Origin: Lachnospiraceae bacterium
GTDB taxonomy: Bacteria > Bacillota > Clostridia > Lachnospirales > Lachnospiraceae
Direction: 5' to 3'
Length of the DNA: 59,165 nucleotides
Assembly: GCA_017446125.1 (NCBI GenBank)
Contig: JAFSRL010000022.1
Coordinates: 1 to 59,165, forward strand
The stretch's first letter is position 1. Every line of letters starts with the position of its first letter. Under the pieces are notes generated by a model. The model made no database searches. It saw only the letters and a list, made by a program, of their open reading frames with translations, and was not told the DNA's origin. Shown here piece after piece: positions 47,941-57,841 of this stretch. A program made the translations under genes and the position numbers.

Positions 47941-49694
47941 TTATAATCCCGTAAAATAAACTGCACCGAAGTCTCGCCGCGGTAAACGTTGCGGTTCGCC
48001 TCATAGACCGCGTTGATTGTAACCGGGGGCTTTTCTTCCAGCATCGAAAACAGCTCCTCCACGTCCGAAAACCGCATCAGGGTGTGCATCTTCCCCTGAT
48101 CGTCCCTGACGCTGAAGCGTCCCATCGAGGCATCCCGTCCGATGCGCACGCCTTTTTCAAGTGTCAAATCGCGCGTTACAAACAAGGGCTTCGGGTTCCC
48201 GTTGCCAAAGGGCTCCAGACAGGAAAACTCCTCCACCAGCGGCAGCGTCATATAGGAAAGCGGCAGCTCCATATCGATGTGCAGCGTCTCCGTAAAGTCG
48301 TCCTCAGTTAAGTTACAAGACGCGTTTAAACGGTTTGTGAGCGCCGCGACATCCTTTTGCGCAAGCGTCATGCCCGCCGCCATTTTGTGCCCGCCGAATT
48401 TCACGAACAGGTCCGCGCATTTGGAAAGCCCTTCAAACATGTGATAGCTTTCAATCGAGCGGCCGCTGCCCTTGACCATCTTCACCTCGCCCTCTTCCCC
48501 GAGGGCATCCGTCAACACAATCACCGGACGGAAAAACTTCTCCCGGATTCGTCCCGCGACAATGCCCGCGATGGACTCGTGACAGTCCGGAAGGTAAAGA
48601 ACAAGAATCTTTAATGCCGGCTGTTCCTTCAACAGGTTCTGCGCAAGCGCCGTTGCCTCTTCGGTTGCTTTCGCTGTCATCTCCTTGCGGCTGTCATTCA
48701 ATTCCTTTAGGTCCGTCGCGATCTGTACCGCATGCGCCTCGCTTGTGGCTTCAAACAGTGACAGCGCGCGCTTCGCCGTATCCAGTCTTCCGGAGGCATT
48801 CAGGCAGGGCCCCAAAACAAAGCCCAGGTGATACGCACTGATGCCTGCCGCATCAAGACCCGTCACATTAATCAACGCCTTCAATCCGTGATTTGTGGTC
48901 GTTGCCATTTCCAAAAGCCCCCGGCGCACGATGCCGCGGTTTTCATCGACCAGCTCCATCACGTCGCAGACCGTCGCAAGCGCCGTAAAGGGCTGCAGGC
49001 TTTTTAAGCACCGCTTCGATGCTTCTGCGCCGTAGGGCGCGTTGCCTTCCTTTACATCCTCCGCAAACAGAACCTCTAACAGCTTGTACGCGACGACCGC
49101 GCCGCAGATTCCTTCAAACGGATAGGAACAGTCGCTGCGTTTGGGATTGACCACCGCATCCGCCTGCGGCAGGATGTCGTTTCCTGCCTCATCCTTTTGC
49201 ACCTCGTGATGGTCCGTCACGAGAATCTTCATGCCTTTTTCGCGGGCGCTTAAGACCGCGTCATGCGCGGCAATCCCGTTGTCGCAGGTTAAAATCAACG
49301 CGATGTCGTCCGCAAAGGCATCCGCAACGAGGTTCGTGTTCAACCCGTAGCCGTCCCTGATACGCTCGGGCAGTACAACATCGACTAAAAATCCCGCAAA
49401 GGTAAGCCCCGCCTTTAAAATGTAGGAGGAGCAAATCCCGTCCACGTCGTAATCCCCGATGATGCGGACGCGGCCCTGTTCTTCACGGCATTTCAGCAGC
49501 TCGCTTGCCGCCGTTACAACATCCTTCAAGCCATACGCGTCATGCCCTGCGTCATCGTGTAAAAACTTCGCCGCCTCCTCCATAGAAACAACTCCCCTGT
49601 TACGGACGAGCCGTGCCGTAACCGGGGAGATGTGAAATTCGTTTGCCCAGGCTTCAAAGTCCGCTTTCTTCGCGGCAACCATCCAGTTAGCCAT
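47928..49694 (-). CDS. recJ: Single-stranded DNA exonuclease RecJ
   Basis: GDYDVDG, TCDNG, TDHH, LNASGRL, KGSGRS, GGHKMAAG, EPFGNGNPKP. ATG 49694 follows AAAGGA. Confidence 0.95.
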   Translation of the reverse strand: MANWMVAAKKADFEAWANEFHISPVTARLVRNRGVVSMEEAAKFLHDDAGHDAYGLKDVVTAASELLKCREEQGRVRIIGDYDVDGICSSYILKAGLTFAGFLVDVVLPERIRDGYGLNTNLVADAFADDIALILTCDNGIAAHDAVLSAREKGMKILVTDHHEVQKDEAGNDILPQADAVVNPKRSDCSYPFEGICGAVVAYKLLEVLFAEDVKEGNAPYGAEASKRCLKSLQPFTALATVCDVMELVDENRGIVRRGLLEMATTTNHGLKALINVTGLDAAGISAYHLGFVLGPCLNASGRLDTAKRALSLFEATSEAHAVQIATDLKELNDSRKEMTAKATEEATALAQNLLKEQPALKILVLYLPDCHESIAGIVAGRIREKFFRPVIVLTDALGEEGEVKMVKGSGRSIESYHMFEGLSKCADLFVKFGGHKMAAGMTLAQKDVAALTNRLNASCNLTEDDFTETLHIDMELPLSYMTLPLVEEFSCLEPFGNGNPKPLFVTRDLTLEKGVRIGRDASMGRFSVRDDQGKMHTLMRFSDVEELFSMLEEKPPVTINAVYEANRNVYRGETSVQFILRDYKRKP

Positions 49695-49708
49695 GTTGTT
49701 TCCTTTTA

Positions 49709-51937
49709 TCAATCAGCACGGGCTGTCGCTGATCGAAGGTCATACCACAACGGTGACGCGATAAAGATCGATGAGTAGGTACCGGCGACGACACCCGCCA
49801 TCAACGGCAGCGCGAAGTCCCGGATGTCCTTCACCCCGAAGAGGAAGAGCATAAACACCATCACAAAGGTCGTCAAAGAGGTGAACAGGGATCTTGTCAG
49901 CGTCTGTGAGACGGAGCTGTTCACGACCTCCTGCAAACCGCCCCGCGAGGAAGCGCCGCCCATGTTCTCACGCACACGGTCGAAGGTGACGATCGTGTTG
50001 TTGATGGAGTAACCGATGATCGTCAAAACGCAGGCGATGAAGGTGCTGCCCACACCGATTCTCGAAACCGCGTAAGCGGCAATCACAACCAGCGCGTCGT
50101 GCACCAGCGCGATGATTGCGCTCGCGCCGAACTTGAAGTCCTTAAACCGGATGCGGATATAGAATAACATCAATACCAACGCCACGATGACCGCGATGGT
50201 TGCGTCACGCTGCATCTCGTCGGAGATGGTCGCGGAAATGGTTTCCGCGGTTACGTTTGCTTCCGCCACGCCGTAATCGCTTTCCAACATCTCGCTGATT
50301 GCGGTCCGCTGCGCCGCGGAAAGCGGAACGGTCTTGAAGATGACCTCGTTGCCGCCGGACACTGTCTGTGTCTGGACGGTCGGAACCGAGGCGACCTCCC
50401 TGATCTTGGGAACCACCTCGTTGTCAAGCGCCTCCGTCGTCCAGGGTTCGTTGAAGGTGACGCTTGTCGCGGTGCCGCCCACAAAGTCAAGGTTGTAATT
50501 CAAGGCGCCCTTGCCCTGCGAGAAGTTCATTGCCATCACGGCAACACCCGCCAGGATGACCGCAACGGAAATGCCGTAGAACATCTTGCGCTTGCCCACA
50601 AAGTCGAACTTACCCGGCTCCTTCGCGCGGCCGTAAAGCGATTCCGCGGAAAAGCCCATGTCATGCAGAAGGCTCATCAACGCTCTGGAAATAAAGAGTG
50701 CCGTGATCATCGACGTGATGATACCGATGAAGAGCGTTAAGGCAAAGCCCTTGACGGAACCGGTCCCCAAAAAGTACAGAACCGCCGCGGCAATGATGGT
50801 TGTGATATTGCCGTCCAAAATTGCGGAAAGCGCCTTCTTGTAACCTGATTGCATGGAGGCCTTCACGCCCTTGCCCAGCGCGATTTCCTCACGGATACGC
50901 GCAAAGATCAAAACGTTCGCGTCCACCGCCATACCGATGGAAAGGATGATACCGGCGATGCCCGGAAGCGTTAAGGTAACGTCAAACGCAGAAAGTAAAA
51001 TCACCATCAACGAGCCGTAGAAGCCCAGCGCCAAAGAGGCCGCAAGACCCATCAGGCGGTATACGATGAGCATGAACAAAATGATGCAGACAAACCCAAT
51101 CACCGCCGCCTTCAGGGAGGTGTTGATTGCGTTCGCGCCAAGCTGCGCGCCCACAACATTCGAACGTAATTCTTCCAGGGAGACTTTGAGTCCGCCGATG
51201 CGGATGGTGCTTGCCAGCTGCTCCGCACGCTCAAAGGTAAAGCTTCCCTCGATGATCGCGTTGCCGTCGGGGATGGCATTGCGGACCGTGGGTGCGGAGA
51301 TGATCTCCCCGTCATAATAGATGCCGATTGTCTCTTTGCTCGTTGCCGCTTCCGCGGTTGCCTTTGCGAACGCCTCCTTGCCGTTGTCGTTGAACCGTAA
51401 TTCCACGACCGGCTGCTGGTTGGTCGAATTGCCGGAGGACTGGTAAACGACACGCGCGCTCGCGACATCGCTGCCCTCTAAAATGACACTGCCCTCTTCC
51501 TTCATCTCCTCAATCGTCTTTGCGGGTGTCAAAAGAAACGCGTCATAGTTGTCCGTACCGGACGGATCCTTTTGCTTGATGAAATAAAGATTGCCGGGCT
51601 GCCCCAGTTCTTCCAAAATCGTATTCGCATCCGTCACACCCGGAATCTCGATGTTGATGCGGTTCATGCCTTCCTGATAGACCTGCGCCTCCGTCGAGTA
51701 AACGTCGACACGGCGCTGCAGCTTGTAAATCGTGTCCGACATATCTTCCGCGGAAGGTGCCTCCTCGCCGGTGACGCCGTACGTAATGGAAACGCCGCCC
51801 GCAAGGTCAAGCCCCAGGTCGATACTCGATAACGAACCGGACTTGTCCGCACCCAGTCCGTAATACGCGGTATAGACAAATCCGGCGAGCAAAGCCATCA
51901 ATAATAAAAATAAAATTGTTGCAGTTCCTTTTTTCAT
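49709..51937 (-). CDS. secDF: Fused protein translocase subunit SecDF
   Basis: LGLDLAGG, GMAVDANVLIF, DGNITT, LDFVGG, GYSINNTIV.FDR, GTYSSIFIA. Confidence 0.93.
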   Translation of the reverse strand: MKKGTATILFLLLMALLAGFVYTAYYGLGADKSGSLSSIDLGLDLAGGVSITYGVTGEEAPSAEDMSDTIYKLQRRVDVYSTEAQVYQEGMNRINIEIPGVTDANTILEELGQPGNLYFIKQKDPSGTDNYDAFLLTPAKTIEEMKEEGSVILEGSDVASARVVYQSSGNSTNQQPVVELRFNDNGKEAFAKATAEAATSKETIGIYYDGEIISAPTVRNAIPDGNAIIEGSFTFERAEQLASTIRIGGLKVSLEELRSNVVGAQLGANAINTSLKAAVIGFVCIILFMLIVYRLMGLAASLALGFYGSLMVILLSAFDVTLTLPGIAGIILSIGMAVDANVLIFARIREEIALGKGVKASMQSGYKKALSAILDGNITTIIAAAVLYFLGTGSVKGFALTLFIGIITSMITALFISRALMSLLHDMGFSAESLYGRAKEPGKFDFVGKRKMFYGISVAVILAGVAVMAMNFSQGKGALNYNLDFVGGTATSVTFNEPWTTEALDNEVVPKIREVASVPTVQTQTVSGGNEVIFKTVPLSAAQRTAISEMLESDYGVAEANVTAETISATISDEMQRDATIAVIVALVLMLFYIRIRFKDFKFGASAIIALVHDALVVIAAYAVSRIGVGSTFIACVLTIIGYSINNTIVTFDRVRENMGGASSRGGLQEVVNSSVSQTLTRSLFTSLTTFVMVFMLFLFGVKDIRDFALPLMAGVVAGTYSSIFIASPLWYDLRSATARAD

Positions 51938-52004
51938 GTCTTTAAAAAACCTCCGTATATCTGTTCGAGCTTTGGAAAAAGCTTACCGTCAAGTATAGCA
52001 CAGT

Positions 52005-53333
52005 TTAAGATTCTTTGTCATCCTCTTTGGCCTCGCCCGGGGCGTCCTCTAAGTCATCCTCCGCATCCTCCTTCACGCGGGCTTCATCCGGTATCTGGAT
52101 AAGGACCTTGTCGACACGGTTGCGGCTGGCGTTGCGCACCGTCAAAAGGATGCCGTTTTCAAGCGTGATTGCGTCCCCGACCTCCGGAATGCGCTCCAAC
52201 TTTTCAATGATGAGCCCGCCAATCGAGTCGTAGTCCTCCGAATCCATCGCGGTGTGCAGCGCGTCGTTTAAGTCGTCGATCTTCATGCTGCCCTCGACGA
52301 TGTAGCGCTCCTCGTCAAGCTGCTGAATGAGCTCCGCCTCATCCGAATCGTACTCGTCACGGATTTCGCCCACGATTTCCTCAAGCAAATCCTCCAGCGT
52401 GATCATGCCCACGGTCGCGCCGTACTCGCTCATGACGAAGGCAACGTTCACCATCTTCTCCCGCATCTCGACCATTAAGTCCGCGGTCTTTTTGAACTCG
52501 TAGGTGTAGTAGCCCTCCCGGATGTGGTCCGTAATCTTAAAGGCGTTCGGGTCCTTGACCAGAATCAGGTCCTTCATATTAATAAGACCGATGATGTTGT
52601 CCGGATTCTCGTCGAACACCGGAATGCGCGTATACATGTCCTTCTTGAAAACCTTGATGATGTCCGCGTAGGTCGCGTCCGTTCCCACGCAGGTCATGTC
52701 GATGCGGGGAATCATGACGTCCTTTGCGACCGCGTCGGAAAAATCAAAGACGTTGTAGATGATTTCCTTTTCGCCGCGCTCGATGACACCGTCCTCGTGC
52801 GACACGTCGACGTAGGTTTTCAGCTCGTTCTCCGTCATCAGCTCCTTGCTGGTCGTATCAATGCGAAAGAGCTTCAGAATCAGGTGCGAGATGCCGTCGA
52901 TGATGAGTATCACAGGCGTGAAAACCTTCATCAGAAACAAAATGACACCCGCATAGAGAAGCGCTAAGCTGTCCGCCTTCGCTGCCGCCGCGGTCTTGGG
53001 CACGACCTCGCCGAAGATAAGAATCAAAAACGTCAAAACACCGGTACCGATGCCAATCAGGTAGCTTCCGCCCAAGGTCGTCATGATGACGGTCGTTAAC
53101 GACGACGCCACCAGGTTGACAATGTTGTTTCCGATCAGAATCGCGGAAAGCATCTTCGGAAAACGGTCCTGGATGGCAAGGACGGAAGCCGCCCGTTTGT
53201 CGCCTTCATCCGCAAGGGTCCGCATGCGCACCTTGTTCACGGTCGTCAGCGCGGTCTCCGCCGAAGAAAAAAAGGCGGACAGAACAAACAGGATAAACAG
53301 GATGATCAGTTGCACGGTCAGTGTGTCATTCAT
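52005..53333 (-). CDS. HlyC/CorC (CNNM) family membrane protein: DUF21, two CBS domains, CorC domain
   Basis: SAFFSSAETA, ILIGNN, IFGEVVPK, VMIPR, ITLEDLLEEIVGEIRDEYD. Confidence 0.9.
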   Translation of the reverse strand: MNDTLTVQLIILFILFVLSAFFSSAETALTTVNKVRMRTLADEGDKRAASVLAIQDRFPKMLSAILIGNNIVNLVASSLTTVIMTTLGGSYLIGIGTGVLTFLILIFGEVVPKTAAAAKADSLALLYAGVILFLMKVFTPVILIIDGISHLILKLFRIDTTSKELMTENELKTYVDVSHEDGVIERGEKEIIYNVFDFSDAVAKDVMIPRIDMTCVGTDATYADIIKVFKKDMYTRIPVFDENPDNIIGLINMKDLILVKDPNAFKITDHIREGYYTYEFKKTADLMVEMREKMVNVAFVMSEYGATVGMITLEDLLEEIVGEIRDEYDSDEAELIQQLDEERYIVEGSMKIDDLNDALHTAMDSEDYDSIGGLIIEKLERIPEVGDAITLENGILLTVRNASRNRVDKVLIQIPDEARVKEDAEDDLEDAPGEAKEDDKES

Positions 53334-53367
53334 TGCTCTTTTTTACAAAATCCTCTATGATTAGTTT
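53333..53367 (+). promoter_or_regulatory. Putative sigma-A promoter for a leaderless PPTase transcript
   Basis: TTGCTC (53333-53338), 17 bp, TATGAT (53356-53361), 6 bp, ATG (53368). Confidence 0.55.
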
Positions 53368-54132
53368 ATGATTACCGTTTTCTATGCGGATACCGCCGGG
53401 GCGGAGGCATCCGAGCTTGTTGCAAAATACCTTGATTCCATCGACGCGCAGCACAGGGCGAAGGTCACGGCGTATAAGCCGGTGCGTTCCAAGAACCTCT
53501 CCCTTGCGGCGGCGATTCTTCTGCAGGTGGGCGTGCGCGCCTTAACGGATCCCGAGGGTCTCGACAACGACCTCTTCTCCACCGGAGACGACGGCATCGC
53601 CTTCTTAAACTATGATGACTTCCTCTTACTCTATGAGCCATTAAAGCTCACCTACGACACGGGCGAGTACGGAAAGCCTTCTTTGCGCGGGTTAAACGAC
53701 CTGCCCTTTAGCATCTCACATTCCGGGACCGTTGCCGCGCTTTCCATCGGGGACGAGGAATCCGGCATGGATGTCCAGTACCACCGGCCCGCAAACTACA
53801 TGCGCATCGCGGAGCGCTTCTTTACGGAAGAAGAGGTTTCCTTTCTGCGTGCCGCACGGAGCAAGACCTCCGAGGAGCATGCCCTGCATGTCTTTCATGA
53901 CCTCTGGTCCGCAAAGGAAGCCTTCGTCAAGTATACGGGCGAGGGACTCTTCCGTCCCTTCGACGACTTCAGCGCGCAGCTGCGGTATACGCCCGGCGCC
54001 CCCTTGCAGGGTGTCATCGAGCCGGACGGTGCCTCGCTCTTGTATCCCATCGAGATTCCGGACTATTCCTTTAGCCTGTGCACAAAAAACGAGCCCGATG
54101 TGCGTGTGCTGCGTGTTGTCGTAAACGCGTAA
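53368..54132 (+). CDS. Sfp-type 4'-phosphopantetheinyl transferase
   Basis: YGKP, FSISHSG, GMDVQ, WSAKEAFVKYTGEGL. Confidence 0.88.
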   Translation: MITVFYADTAGAEASELVAKYLDSIDAQHRAKVTAYKPVRSKNLSLAAAILLQVGVRALTDPEGLDNDLFSTGDDGIAFLNYDDFLLLYEPLKLTYDTGEYGKPSLRGLNDLPFSISHSGTVAALSIGDEESGMDVQYHRPANYMRIAERFFTEEEVSFLRAARSKTSEEHALHVFHDLWSAKEAFVKYTGEGLFRPFDDFSAQLRYTPGAPLQGVIEPDGASLLYPIEIPDYSFSLCTKNEPDVRVLRVVVNA

Positions 54133-54142
54133 CCGCGTCCTT

Positions 54143-55531
54143 CTAATAATGCCGGATGACCTCAATGCGCTCGAGGGTCACGTCATTGTCGTTGATGTCG
54201 ATTCCCGCCTTCTGCTTTGCGATGGCAACCTGGGTGAAGATGTCGTCCACTCCGTCCAAGTTTGGCAGAAGCAGTCCGCGCTTTCGACCCTTCGTCACAA
54301 TCACGCCGTAGCGTTTGACATCCAGCTCCTTTTCGCTTTCAATCACCTGCGCCTTGCCCAAAACATCCACGCTGTATTCGAGCTTGTCGAGCTCTTCCTC
54401 CGTCACCGGACGGAACCTGGAATCATAGACCGCCGCGGAAACCGCGTTCTCCAAAATCTCTTCCGCCACGGAATCCTGCGTGGGTCCGATTGTTCCGATA
54501 CAACCGCGCAGCCGTCCCTCCTTTTTCAGGGAGACAAACACGCCCGCCTGCTCTGTGAGCATTTCCTTTGCCACATTCTCCGGAAGCGTCGCCCGCGAAC
54601 CGGTACGGATATAGGTTTCGATCGAATGTCTGGCGAGCTTAACGTATGCGTCCTCGCGTGCCTTGCGCTCGTCAAGTTCTTCCCTGCGCCTGCTCTCCCA
54701 TTTGGTTAGGAAGTTGCGGGAAGGATCGGGACCCGTCACAACATAGGTGCAGATGCCGTAGCCCACGCCCGTCACATCCTGATGCGAAAGCTTCTTTGTC
54801 TGTACCGCGCACACATCCAGGGCGCCCGCCATCATCACAAAGGAACGGTGCCCGCATTCGCTTGCCTTGTCACACAGCTCTTCGGAAAAATCAAACAGCT
54901 CGTCAAACGCCGCCCTGCCGCAGACGTCCATGATTTTCTCATCATATACGGGACCTGCCGGATCGAAGCCGTAGGGTCCGTCCTCCTGCAGCTTGTGGGA
55001 AAGGTCGCCGCTCGCGACATAGACCACGCGCCTCGAGGTGTTTTTCGCCGCCTGCGCAATCATCTGCCCGATCCGGTAGTGATCCGGCAGCGTGAGACCG
55101 GACAAACCGATTCTCACCAGACGGTAGCGGGGATAGACCTTGTTGATAAAGGTCAGCGGCACCATCGTGCCGTGGTCGAGCCGCGCGTCCTTTTCGCCCA
55201 TCACGCCGGCGGGAAAATGCTTTTCATCCGCAATCCTGCAGATTTCCTTAACAAGCTCCGTATCATAAAGCGCCTCAATCATCACGTGACCGGCACGAAA
55301 CTGCCGCAGGTCGCCGCGTGCGCTTTTTCCGGGTGAAATGTGAAAGTAATCGGAATACATCACCGAATGCGGTGTGCTCAAGACGATGGTCTCCGGCGCG
55401 AGGTCGCGTACGGTGTTCGCCGCCTCTTCATACGCCCGTGTTGTCTCTTCAATGATTGCCTCTTCCCCCCTGCCCACTTCCGGTACGATGAGCGGCGGGT
55501 GCGGTACCATGATTGCTCCGACGATGGCCAT
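54143..55531 (-). CDS. amrA: MEMO/LigB-like plus AMMECR1 fusion (AmmeMemoRadiSam protein A type)
   Basis: VPHPP, TPH, LDHG, ASGDLSH, ECG; then GVFVSLKKEGRLRGCIGT, DSRF.PV, GLLLP. Confidence 0.85.
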   Translation of the reverse strand: MAIVGAIMVPHPPLIVPEVGRGEEAIIEETTRAYEEAANTVRDLAPETIVLSTPHSVMYSDYFHISPGKSARGDLRQFRAGHVMIEALYDTELVKEICRIADEKHFPAGVMGEKDARLDHGTMVPLTFINKVYPRYRLVRIGLSGLTLPDHYRIGQMIAQAAKNTSRRVVYVASGDLSHKLQEDGPYGFDPAGPVYDEKIMDVCGRAAFDELFDFSEELCDKASECGHRSFVMMAGALDVCAVQTKKLSHQDVTGVGYGICTYVVTGPDPSRNFLTKWESRRREELDERKAREDAYVKLARHSIETYIRTGSRATLPENVAKEMLTEQAGVFVSLKKEGRLRGCIGTIGPTQDSVAEEILENAVSAAVYDSRFRPVTEEELDKLEYSVDVLGKAQVIESEKELDVKRYGVIVTKGRKRGLLLPNLDGVDDIFTQVAIAKQKAGIDINDNDVTLERIEVIRHY

Positions 55532-55611
55532 ACCTTCCTCCTATCATGTAACAACCCATATTTTACTATTTTTTCGTGTTTTCCTCAACTTATCGTGGTA
55601 TCATATTAATT

Positions 55612-56757
55612 ATGAAACCATTGTCTTTGTACGTGCATATTCCGTTCTGCATTCAGAAGTGCGACTACTGCGACTTCCTTTCGTTTCCCGCGGATGACGG
55701 TGCCCATGCGGCATATTTTGCGGCCCTGGAAAATGAATTGAGCGCACACTCTCTCGCCTTCGGAAAAGACAAAGGCGACTATGAGGTTGTCAGCATCTTT
55801 TTCGGCGGCGGGACCCCTTCTGCCGTGAACGAGACTTACATTGAACGAATTCTTACGCTTGTACGCACGCACTATGCGTTGTCAAACGACGCGGAATGTT
55901 CCATCGAGGTCAATCCCGGTACTGTGTCGGAGGAAAAGCTGCGCGTTTATCATCATGCGGGCATCAACCGCATCAGCATCGGCTGTCAGTCCATGCAGGA
56001 AGAGGAATTGCAGACGCTCGGACGCATCCACACGAAGGAGGATGTGATTGCGACCTTCAAGGCGGCAAGGGCCGCGGGCTTTCAAAACATCAACATCGAC
56101 CTGATGAGCGCCCTGCCGGACCAGACCTTCGACAGCTACATGGACTCCGTGACGCAGGTGGTTGCGCTTGCTCCGGAGCATATCTCCGCATACTCCCTGA
56201 TTCTGGAGGAGGGCACGCCCTTCTACGAGGAATACTCGGAGGAGGTGCGCGATGAGGATTTGTCGCTGGAGATGTATCAGGAGACGACGCGCTACTTGAA
56301 GGAGCACGGTTATGAGCATTACGAGATTTCCAACTACTGTCTGGACGGTTACAGGTGCCGCCATAATGTAGTATACTGGACAAGGGGCGAGTACCTGGGC
56401 ACCGGTCTGGGTGCGGCTTCCCTCATTTGCGAGACGCGCTTTCGCAACACGGAGGACTTCGATGCCTACATCGCCGCAAACGGCGATCCGAAAACCATCC
56501 GCGAGGATGTCGAAGAACTCGATTACCATGCGCGGATGGAGGAGTACATGTTCCTCGGGCTGCGCATGATTGAAGGCATCCGTGCAAGCGACTTCGAAAA
56601 AACCTTCGGCCACCCGATCCGCAGGATTTACGCAAAAGCAATCGACGAGTTAACTAAGGACGGGCTGCTTGCCGTGAACGGAGATCAAATCTGTCTGACA
56701 CCGACCGGGGTGAATGTGAGCAACTACGCGCTCGCAAGATTCCTGTTCGATGAATAA
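55612..56757 (+). CDS. hemW: Radical SAM heme chaperone HemW (HemN-like)
   Basis: LYVHIPFCIQKCDYCDF, GGGTPS, YEISNY, HNVVYW. ATG 55612 preferred; extended -10 TGGTATCAT lies 7 nt upstream. Confidence 0.9.
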   Translation: MKPLSLYVHIPFCIQKCDYCDFLSFPADDGAHAAYFAALENELSAHSLAFGKDKGDYEVVSIFFGGGTPSAVNETYIERILTLVRTHYALSNDAECSIEVNPGTVSEEKLRVYHHAGINRISIGCQSMQEEELQTLGRIHTKEDVIATFKAARAAGFQNINIDLMSALPDQTFDSYMDSVTQVVALAPEHISAYSLILEEGTPFYEEYSEEVRDEDLSLEMYQETTRYLKEHGYEHYEISNYCLDGYRCRHNVVYWTRGEYLGTGLGAASLICETRFRNTEDFDAYIAANGDPKTIREDVEELDYHARMEEYMFLGLRMIEGIRASDFEKTFGHPIRRIYAKAIDELTKDGLLAVNGDQICLTPTGVNVSNYALARFLFDE

Positions 56758-56769
56758 AGGAGGAACACC

Positions 56770-57831
56770 ATGTCCGCAGTATCAGTTGATGCGATTTTAA
56801 AAACAGCGATTGAGGAAGGCGCCAGCGATGTGCACATCACCGTGGGCATTCCGCCCAAGATGCGCGTGAACGGCACCTTGAAAGAGATGGAAAAATATGA
56901 GCGTCTCATGCCGCCGGACACCAAGGCAATCGCGGACGCGATTATGGGCGAGCGCCAAAGAGAGCTGTTGGAGGAACGCGGTCAGATCGACACCTCCTAC
57001 TCCATCCGCGATGTCGGACGGTTCCGCGTGAACATCTTCCGCCAGCGCGGCTCCTACGCGCTTGCAATCCGCCTGGTCGCAACGCGTGTGCCGGATCCTG
57101 CCACCTTAGGGATTCCGCAGCCGGTCATCGATCTGTACAAGCAGGAAAGCGGGCTCGTGCTTGTCACCGGTCCCACGGGACACGGCAAGTCCACGACGCT
57201 CGCGGCACTCATCGATCTGATCAACAACAACCGTGACGCGCATGTGATTACGTTGGAGGACCCAATAGAATTCCTATACCGGCACAACAAGTCGATCATC
57301 AACCAGCGCGAGATCGGACTGGACGCGCACAATTACTCGGACGCGCTGCGCGCGGCACTGCGGGAGGACCCCAACGTTATCATGGTCGGGGAAATGCGTG
57401 ACGCGGAAACCATGGGAACCGCGATTACCGCGGCGGAGACCGGACATCTTGTGCTTTCCACCCTGCATACCCTGGGTGCCGCAAACAGTGTCGACCGTAT
57501 CATCGATGTCTTTCCGGAGCAGAAGCAGCAACAGATCCGCATCCAGCTTGCGAGCGTTTTAACCGCCATCATCTCGCAGCAGCTCATTCCGACCGCGGAC
57601 GGGGAAACACGTGCCGCCGCGTTTGAGGTGCTGTTTGCGACCACCGCCGTCAGAAGCCAGATCCGCGAGGGCAAGGCGCACCAGCTCGCCACAACCATCC
57701 AGACCTCGAAGGAGCACGGCATGATCACGATGGACGATTCCATTCTGCATCTGTATCAGAACAAGATTATCACCGCGGACAAGGCGTTGCAGTACGCGCT
57801 CAATCCGGATGTATTAAAGAACAAGCTCTAA
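56770..57831 (+). CDS. pilT: Type IV pilus retraction ATPase, PilT family
   Basis: ASDVH, RFRVN, GPTGHGKST, TLEDPIE, ALREDPN, GEMRD, AETGHLVLSTLHT; AIRNLIRE motif present as AVRSQIRE. Confidence 0.9.
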   Translation: MSAVSVDAILKTAIEEGASDVHITVGIPPKMRVNGTLKEMEKYERLMPPDTKAIADAIMGERQRELLEERGQIDTSYSIRDVGRFRVNIFRQRGSYALAIRLVATRVPDPATLGIPQPVIDLYKQESGLVLVTGPTGHGKSTTLAALIDLINNNRDAHVITLEDPIEFLYRHNKSIINQREIGLDAHNYSDALRAALREDPNVIMVGEMRDAETMGTAITAAETGHLVLSTLHTLGAANSVDRIIDVFPEQKQQQIRIQLASVLTAIISQQLIPTADGETRAAAFEVLFATTAVRSQIREGKAHQLATTIQTSKEHGMITMDDSILHLYQNKIITADKALQYALNPDVLKNKL

Positions 57832-57841
57832 GGGGTTCTTT

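Noticed and set aside
52005-53333. Hemolysin or virulence factor
   Set aside because: The DUF21-CBS-CorC architecture is the widespread CNNM/CorC Mg2+-transport family; nothing here indicates a toxin.
55612-56757. The radical SAM gene as the AmrS partner of the AmmeMemo fusion, or as a true coproporphyrinogen dehydrogenase HemN
   Set aside because: Its motifs (YVHIPFC..KCDYCDF, GGGTPS, HNxxYW) are those of HemW.
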